Source of the DNA: an uncultured Thermoplasmata archaeon
Lineage (GTDB): Archaea; Thermoplasmatota; Thermoplasmata; Lutacidiplasmatales; UBA184
DNA: 64,000 nt
NCBI GenBank assembly: GCA_963719635.1
Contig: CAVRCS010000004.1
Span: 693,159-757,158 of the forward strand
Reading direction: 5' to 3'
Below, in pieces: positions 58,592-64,000 of this stretch. A program made the translations under genes and the position numbers. The first letter of the stretch is position 1. Every line of letters starts with the position of its first letter. Below the pieces are notes generated by a model. It ran no database searches and was not told the origin of the DNA. It saw only the letters and a program-made list of their open reading frames with translations.

Positions 58592-59443
58592 TCACTTAAC
58601 CTTTATGTCGCTTTTTCTTTTGGTGTTACCACCGCGTCGCACGAGGCGACGCCCTCCCGCGCTACCGACGGGCGCGGGCGCGTCGGGGCGCTGGCGGCGG
58701 GCTCTCCAGGCCGGCGTTGAGCAGCAGTTGGAGCAGGTGTTCGTGCTTCCTCTCGTCCGCCTCCATGCTGTCCCAGAGGACCCGCATGATCCCCCCAGCT
58801 TCGGCCCGAGGTCGACTCCGCTCGTCTCCTCGGCCTCGTGTTCCCGCTGGATGAGGTGCTCCACGTCGGCGCGGGAGATTCCGGTCGGGGCACTCGTGAC
58901 GACCCCGCGGTCCAGGTACGCCGCCAACGAGGCGACGATCTCAGCGTGCCGGAGGCTGTCCGACGCGATCTGGCGGAATACGGCCCGCGTGAGCTCGTCC
59001 CGCGACCGCTGGGCGAGGCGCATGCACTCGGCGACTGCGTTCTGCTCGCCTGCGATGCGTTCGCGCAGCCACCGTGGGACCTGGCGGCGGAGCTCCGGGC
59101 TCAGCCCGCCTGACCGCTCCGCCCGGGTGCGGCCCGGTCCCGGGTGCAATCGCTCGTTGAACTCGATCGCGGCCTCGAGGATCACCTTGGGGCCCGGGGC
59201 GCCCGCCACGAGCTCCTCGGCGGCGTGGCGAGCGATCCTCCGGGCCCCCTCATGCCCCAGGTAGATCGAAAGGACCGGCCCAAGCCGCTTCCCGGAGAGA
59301 TACTGGGAGACCGAGGAGGGGACGATCCCGAGAAGGTTCGCCGCCTGGCGCTCGGGAAGGCCGAGCGATTCAACCAGCTCGCGGGCCACCAGCGCCTGCA
59401 CCACCTGGACCGAAACGCCGGGGGTAGGGACCGCCTCGGGCAT
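58592..59443 (-). CDS. HTH-domain transcription regulator (hypothetical); the C-terminal boundary is uncertain
   Basis: N-terminal HTH VVQALVARELVESLGLPERQAANLLGIVPSSVSQYLSGKR. The tail overlaps the NiCoT promoter. Confidence 0.45.
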   Translation of the reverse strand: MPEAVPTPGVSVQVVQALVARELVESLGLPERQAANLLGIVPSSVSQYLSGKRLGPVLSIYLGHEGARRIARHAAEELVAGAPGPKVILEAAIEFNERLHPGPGRTRAERSGGLSPELRRQVPRWLRERIAGEQNAVAECMRLAQRSRDELTRAVFRQIASDSLRHAEIVASLAAYLDRGVVTSAPTGISRADVEHLIQREHEAEETSGVDLGPKLGGSCGSSGTAWRRTRGSTNTCSNCCSTPAWRARRQRPDAPAPVGSAGGRRLVRRGGNTKRKSDIKVK

Positions 59444-59542
59444 CGCCGGGCGCCCAGCGGCGGGCCGTACATAGCGCCCGTGGCTCCCGAGCGCGCGGAG
59501 CTTCGTGCCTACGGCCCGGCGTGGGCCCTGAGGACGGCCCGC

Positions 59543-60352
59543 TCAGACGGCGTTCACCGCGAACCCGAGGAGGAATCCGATCATCACGCCCAGGTAGACG
59601 AGCCGGTTGCGCACGACGGACGCCTCGCGCGACTCGAGCGGCTTGAAGGCGACTCGGAGCATCGGCAGGATCACGTAGGCGATCGCGCCGATCGCCAGCG
59701 CGTCGAAGATCGTGATGAACATCTGGTTGCTCCAGTAGTAACCGATCGCGCCGCCGATGAGGGTCGGGAGCCCGCCGACGAGGAATAGGCCGACCATCAT
59801 CGTGACGTTCCGCTTCGCCGGGGTCCCCAGGAACGGCGAGGCGATCGGGAACCCCTCGGTCACGTTCTGGAGGAAGAACCCGAGGAAGACGACCGCGAGG
59901 ATGCCGAGCGCGCCGGCGGTCCAGTTGACTCCGAAGACGAGGCCCTCGGTGAGGTTCTGCAGGCCGATCCCGAGCGCGATGATGAGCGCCGTGGTCCGCG
60001 GGCCGGAGTCCCGGACCAGGATCGCCGGGAGCGACGGGTCCGCCGCCGTGGCCGAGCGCGGCCCGTTCCGGGGCAGATTGTCGACCGCGAAGAGGCCGAG
60101 GAAGGCGAGCAGGAAGGCAGCACCGAAGGCGACCGAGTAGCTGGCGACGGCAACGTAGCCGTTCGGGTACAGGATCGGCGCGACGTCCGAGAAGATGTCG
60201 GCGAGCAGAAAGACCAGGATACCGATGGCGACCGCGTTCAGCGCGACGGCCCAGCGGCCCTGCGCGCGCTTGCTGTAGACGATCGGCAGCGAGAGGAAGA
60301 TCGACAGTCCCATCGCGGCGGTCAGTGCCATGAAGATCCAGAAGTCGCCCAT
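59543..60352 (-). CDS. ZIP-family metal cation transporter (ZupT-like)
   Basis: Two GLQNLTEG / FLQNVTEG motifs (HNxxEG-type) across 8 TM segments. SD GAAGGA upstream. Confidence 0.8.
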   Translation of the reverse strand: MGDFWIFMALTAAMGLSIFLSLPIVYSKRAQGRWAVALNAVAIGILVFLLADIFSDVAPILYPNGYVAVASYSVAFGAAFLLAFLGLFAVDNLPRNGPRSATAADPSLPAILVRDSGPRTTALIIALGIGLQNLTEGLVFGVNWTAGALGILAVVFLGFFLQNVTEGFPIASPFLGTPAKRNVTMMVGLFLVGGLPTLIGGAIGYYWSNQMFITIFDALAIGAIAYVILPMLRVAFKPLESREASVVRNRLVYLGVMIGFLLGFAVNAV

Positions 60353-60431
60353 CGTGGTCCTTCGCGGAACGAGATTGCGGTCTCCACTTAAGCGTTTTGT
60401 GAGTGAACTGGCGACAATGCATGTTCACCGT

Positions 60432-60563
60432 GCGAATGCGTCGCGCTCCTCACCCGTGGGGCCCAGAGTCCGCCCCGACAGCTCGGGGCGCGCCGGGGGC
60501 GGACCCTTCCGAGCGCCTCACTCGGGGAACGCCGGTGTAGCCGTGTTCACCGTGTAACGGGGT
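60432..60563. repeat. Direct repeat TGTTCACCGTG x2 (60432-60443 and 60552-60563) in the ZIP promoter region, the first copy inside the 6-bp inverted repeat GTGAAC-N14-GTTCAC
   Basis: An exact 11-mer occurs twice, 120 nt apart, and only in this intergenic region. Confidence 0.5.
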
Positions 60564-60584
60564 CGGGATCGGAACCGCCCGGAG

Positions 60585-61784
60585 CTAGCGGAGCACCGGG
60601 ACCCCGAGGCGCTCGAGAGCCCGGCGGCGGAGGTCGGTGAGCGCGTTCATGTAGTTCGCGTAGGCGTCGTACGGGCTCTCGTAGCTCGAGAAGTACTGGT
60701 GGACGCTCTGGTCGGCGCCGTGGCCGCTGACGTACATGTAGTAGAAGTGGTCGGACGTCAGCAGGCGCCGCCAGTCGGTGAGGATCGCCGGGTCGGCCGC
60801 CTGCCGGGCGAGGACCCCGACCTTCTTCGCCGCCTCGAACGCGGACCGCTGGAGGTCGTTGCCGAGCCACGCACCGAGGTCGCGGTTCTGGTCCGCCCAG
60901 CTCATGGTGTACGGAACGGAGAGCGGGGCGTGCGGCTTGCCGGCCGCCGCCTCGTCGACCGTCGCCCAGCCGAGATGCGGGTGCTTGCGGACCTCTCCGG
61001 GAAGCGCGGAAAGAAACTCGAGGATCCCGCTCGACGCCGGATGGTGCTCGCCGAACGTCTCGAAGTCCATGAACAGGCCGAGCAGATCGCCGGGGGTCCC
61101 CGCGAGCCAGCGCGCGTACTTGTCCGCGGTAAGCGGAAACTCGTTCCAGCCGGTCGACGAGAACCGAAAGCCGACGTCGTCGCTGAGCGGATAGTGGCGC
61201 AAGAGCAGGTTCACCGTGGGGGCAGGGACCGCGCAGTACAGGTGCGTCGGGCTCTCTCCGCGCAGCACCCCCTCCCACCCCTCCGCGAGCATCGCGCGGA
61301 ACTTCTCCGCCTCCGCGAACCGTGCGAGGTCGTCCGAGTAGGCTAGCTCGGTCATCCGCAGGACAGTCGGGGAGGCGCCGAACTCCTCGCGCAGGAGGGC
61401 CCGGTGCATCGCCACCTCCTCGGCGAGCTCCGGGGGAGGCAGCAGGAATGCGAGCGAGTGGTAGTACGTCTCGGCGAGGAGCGCGACCCGGCCGGTACGG
61501 AGCACCGCCCGCAGCCGGTCGAGGACATCCGGGGCGGCGAGTTTCGCCTGCTCGACGAACGTACCGGTGACCGACAGGCTCAGCCGGAACTCCGGGTCGG
61601 ACTCCAACATCGCCCGGAGACGGTCGAGCGCGGGTCGGTAGCACCGTTCCGCGATACCGCGGAAGATGGCAAGGTTCCGCTCGAGGTCGAAGTACGACCG
61701 GCCGGAGCCGAGGTCCAAGAATCGGAACCGGGAGAGCCGCCACGGCTGGTGCAGGTGGAGGTACAGAACGATCTTCACCGCGAC
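60585..61784 (-). CDS. Glycoside hydrolase family 57 (alpha-amylase / branching-enzyme-like)
   Basis: KIVLYLHLHQPWR N-terminus and FMDFETFGEHH. GTG at ~61784, overlapping the GT4 stop. Confidence 0.8.
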   Translation of the reverse strand, partial: VAVKIVLYLHLHQPWRLSRFRFLDLGSGRSYFDLERNLAIFRGIAERCYRPALDRLRAMLESDPEFRLSLSVTGTFVEQAKLAAPDVLDRLRAVLRTGRVALLAETYYHSLAFLLPPPELAEEVAMHRALLREEFGASPTVLRMTELAYSDDLARFAEAEKFRAMLAEGWEGVLRGESPTHLYCAVPAPTVNLLLRHYPLSDDVGFRFSSTGWNEFPLTADKYARWLAGTPGDLLGLFMDFETFGEHHPASSGILEFLSALPGEVRKHPHLGWATVDEAAAGKPHAPLSVPYTMSWADQNRDLGAWLGNDLQRSAFEAAKKVGVLARQAADPAILTDWRRLLTSDHFYYMYVSGHGADQSVHQYFSSYESPYDAYANYMNALTDLRRRALERLGVPVLR

Positions 61785-62920
61785 GGTCCCCTGGGAGTGG
61801 CGACCGCCTCGCGGTACACCTCCACGGTCTCGCGGGCCCGTTCCGGCCACCCCTCCCGCAGCGCCTCCCACCGTCCTTCGTCGCCCATCGCCCGGTTCAG
61901 GGTCGGGTACTGGAGGAGCTCGACGATGCGGCTCGCGAACTCGTCCACGTCCCAGAAGTCGACGCGGAACGTGCCGCGGCTGATCTCCGCGACGCCGCTG
62001 GTCCGGGAGATGATTGTCGGGACGCCGGCGGCCATCGCCTCCAGCGCGGCGATCCCGAACGGTTCGACGACGCTCGGGAGGACGAAGACGGAGCTACCGG
62101 CGAGCAGGATCTCCCGTTCCTCGTCGGAGACCTTCCCCAGGAACATCACTCGTTCGCCGATGCCGAGCTGCGCCGCAAGCTGGACCAGTCGGGAGTACTC
62201 GGGTCCCTCGCCGGCGATCACGAACAGGGCGTCCGGCACGGTCGGGGCGGCGCGGGCCGCAGCCCGCAGGAACGTGTCGACCCCCTTCATCGCCGCGAGC
62301 CGGCCGACGTACAGGACGATCCGCTTCGTCGGGTCGATGCGCTCCAGGCGGGTTGTCGGCCGGACCGCGTTGTAGATCACCCGGACCTTCGCGGGGTCCG
62401 CACGGTAGCGGTCGATCAGCTGCTGGCGGAGGTGGCGGCTTACCGCGATCACGAGGCTCGCGGCGTCGATCCCGACCTGCTCGCGGCCGACGATATGTTC
62501 CCACGGGTGGCCCAGGGACCGGTCGTACTCCGTCGAGTGCACGGTCATCACGAGCGGGCGTCGGAGACGGCGCGCGAGCGCCGAGGCACCCGCGGTGCCG
62601 AACCAGTCGTGGACGTGGACCACGTCCGCAGAGCCGAGGTCCCGAAGCTGGGCGATCCAACCGTTGTAGCCGTCGATCGAGTCCGCGAACGGGCTCTCCG
62701 CAGAGTTGCCCGTCCAGTACGCGGGGGGGTAGGCGACCGGAGCGTCCGGCCGGTCCTCCCCGGGGTGGCGGAAGGTCGTTCCCTCCACCGGAGTGAACGG
62801 ACCCGGGAACGGGGTAAGGAACGTCACCCGGTGCCCGAGGCGCGTGAGCTCGCGCACGATCTCGAAGGAGTGGACTCCCAGGCCACCGGTGTGGCTCGGC
62901 GGGAATTCCCAGCCGACCAT
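61775..62920 (-). CDS. GT4-family glycosyltransferase (glycogen-synthase/TreT-like)
   Basis: VVMVGWEFPPSHTGGLGVH and the EPFGIAALEAMAAGVP (EX7E) motif. The 63148 start in the ORF track (basic RG-rich extension) is probably not used. Confidence 0.75.
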   Translation of the reverse strand: MVGWEFPPSHTGGLGVHSFEIVRELTRLGHRVTFLTPFPGPFTPVEGTTFRHPGEDRPDAPVAYPPAYWTGNSAESPFADSIDGYNGWIAQLRDLGSADVVHVHDWFGTAGASALARRLRRPLVMTVHSTEYDRSLGHPWEHIVGREQVGIDAASLVIAVSRHLRQQLIDRYRADPAKVRVIYNAVRPTTRLERIDPTKRIVLYVGRLAAMKGVDTFLRAAARAAPTVPDALFVIAGEGPEYSRLVQLAAQLGIGERVMFLGKVSDEEREILLAGSSVFVLPSVVEPFGIAALEAMAAGVPTIISRTSGVAEISRGTFRVDFWDVDEFASRIVELLQYPTLNRAMGDEGRWEALREGWPERARETVEVYREAVATPRGPSR

Positions 62921-63423
62921 CACGACGTGGAGCGGCCGGCCGGCCCCCCGCGCGTAGCTCCGGGGCTGGCCCGGTTTCGGCGCGGGCGTCCGCACGAGCG
63001 GGGTGGCGTCGAGCGACGCGGGCACCGGCGGCCGGGTCGTGGGGTGCCGTCGCACCCGCGGCTTACCCCGCCCGCGTCCCGAGCCGCGTCCGCGAGGTCG
63101 GGCCGGAGGAGACCGTCGCCTCGCTTTCGGGGAAGGGTGCTCTGCCATCGGTCAGGATCCGTCCGCTCGGGACGAGGACCCCTCCCACGCGGACGACCCA
63201 ATTCAAGCCATGCCCCGGCCGCTCGCCGCTCTAACCGGCGGGCCCTGCCCGGACGTGCCCGGTCCGGCAGCGCGCCGGGGATTTTCAGAAGTTAAGGGGC
63301 CTTCTGCCATGTCCCTGCGCGGTTCGCCATGCCGGGAACGACCGGACCGTTCGCCGAGACGCCTCGCGCCGGGGGTGCGACCGCGTTGGCCCGGCGCGGC
63401 GCGATGGTCGCTGACGGAGTGGG

Positions 63424-64000
63424 ATGAGCGGGTTCGCCCCGACCGACCTCGTCGTCTGTCCGAAGTGCGAGCGCCCCAACCCGCCCCGGCGTGCCACCTG
63501 CTGGGGGTGTGGCGCCCCGCTCGGAGCCGCTCGCGCTCCGGGGCCGGCAGCGCCTGCTGCGCCACCTCCTCCGCCGGCACTCCGGTCGTATCCGGGTCCG
63601 TCGACCCCCCTCCCCAGCTCCACGCCGGCCCCCGGTCGGTATGCCCCGCCGGCGTACCCGCGGCCGAGCGCGGCACCGGCCCCGCCAACCCTATTCCCCT
63701 CCGCCTACGCCGGCGGCCCGCCGACTGCGCCCCCTCCTCCGTCCTGGCCCCCCCGGTACCTTCCGTCCTCGGGTGCTTCCGGCGGGCCCCCGCCGGCGTG
63801 GCCACCGTATCCGGGAGGGCTTCCCCCACCGACCGCCGGCTACGGACCTCCCCCGCCACCTCCTCGGCGACGGGGGGTCCGGTACGCGATCCTCGCGACG
63901 GTCGCCGTCGTGGTCGTCGTGCTCGTGGTCGCGGCGTCGCTCGCCACGGTGCCCAACGGCTCGACCGCCGCGCCGGCCGTCTACGGGACCCCGTTCGACT
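63424..64000 (+). CDS. Zinc-ribbon / Pro-rich / single-TM protein, 3' truncated by the window edge
   Basis: ATG at 63424 with SD GGAGTGGG. CPKCERPNPPRRATCWGC, then a Pro-rich linker, then TM YAILATVAVVVVVLVVAASLA. No stop codon before position 64000. Confidence 0.55.
   Translation, partial: MSGFAPTDLVVCPKCERPNPPRRATCWGCGAPLGAARAPGPAAPAAPPPPPALRSYPGPSTPLPSSTPAPGRYAPPAYPRPSAAPAPPTLFPSAYAGGPPTAPPPPSWPPRYLPSSGASGGPPPAWPPYPGGLPPPTAGYGPPPPPPRRRGVRYAILATVAVVVVVLVVAASLATVPNGSTAAPAVYGTPFD

Noticed and set aside
1-64000. CRISPR arrays
   Set aside because: No regularly spaced direct repeats are present. The only short repeats are the operator-like palindromes and the TGTTCACCGTG pair.

Overview
This looks like a ~70% GC archaeal chromosomal segment. 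The archaeal assignment rests on an Mre11 N-terminus reading FAHLADAHVG, an archaeal/enterobacterial-type PyrI, deoxyhypusine synthase, a thermopsin-like protease, and AT-rich TATA-like promoters 25-35 nt upstream of many start codons, often with GGAGG-type Shine-Dalgarno sequences (a putative ribosome-binding site). Protein composition is not haloarchaeal. A thermopsin-family protease and heavy N-glycosylation sequons suggest an acidophilic, Thermoplasmata-like lineage, but that is inference only.

Most long ORFs in the supplied track are GC-driven spurious frames, such as antisense and overlapping ORFs. I accepted about 50 genes on the basis of recognisable motifs, start-codon context and operon logic.

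Core genes: mre11-rad50 operon, thrS, membrane pyrophosphatase hppA, pyrB-pyrI, deoxyhypusine synthase, ilvE, tldD/pmbA, and an RNase P RNA gene (rnpB). The ORF track cannot show rnpB, and I recognised it by conserved-region alignment and P4 covariation.

Accessory content:
- Four giant secreted, membrane-anchored surface proteins (PKD-repeat, two right-handed beta-helix, thermopsin-like, plus a Kelch-PKD protein) that share a repeated FxExGLPxGxxW module.
- An IS4-superfamily insertion sequence disrupting a serine recombinase gene, with a decayed tyrosine-recombinase fragment beside it.
- A vapBC toxin-antitoxin pair carrying a conspicuous ACATATGCATA operator palindrome.
- A metal-uptake cluster: NiCoT permease, NikR, ZIP transporter and an HTH regulator.
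- A GH15/GT4/GH57 alpha-glucan gene set.
- Two STAND NTPase regulators flanking the dys gene.
- A compact iscU-ferredoxin-B12-radical-SAM operon.

At least seven genes carry single-nucleotide frameshifts in G/C runs. The affected genes are rad50, the transposase, the Kelch-PKD protein, a beta-helix protein, the M3-like peptidase, and the two STAND regulators. The most economical explanation is indel-prone sequencing; true pseudogenisation of that many genes seems unlikely.
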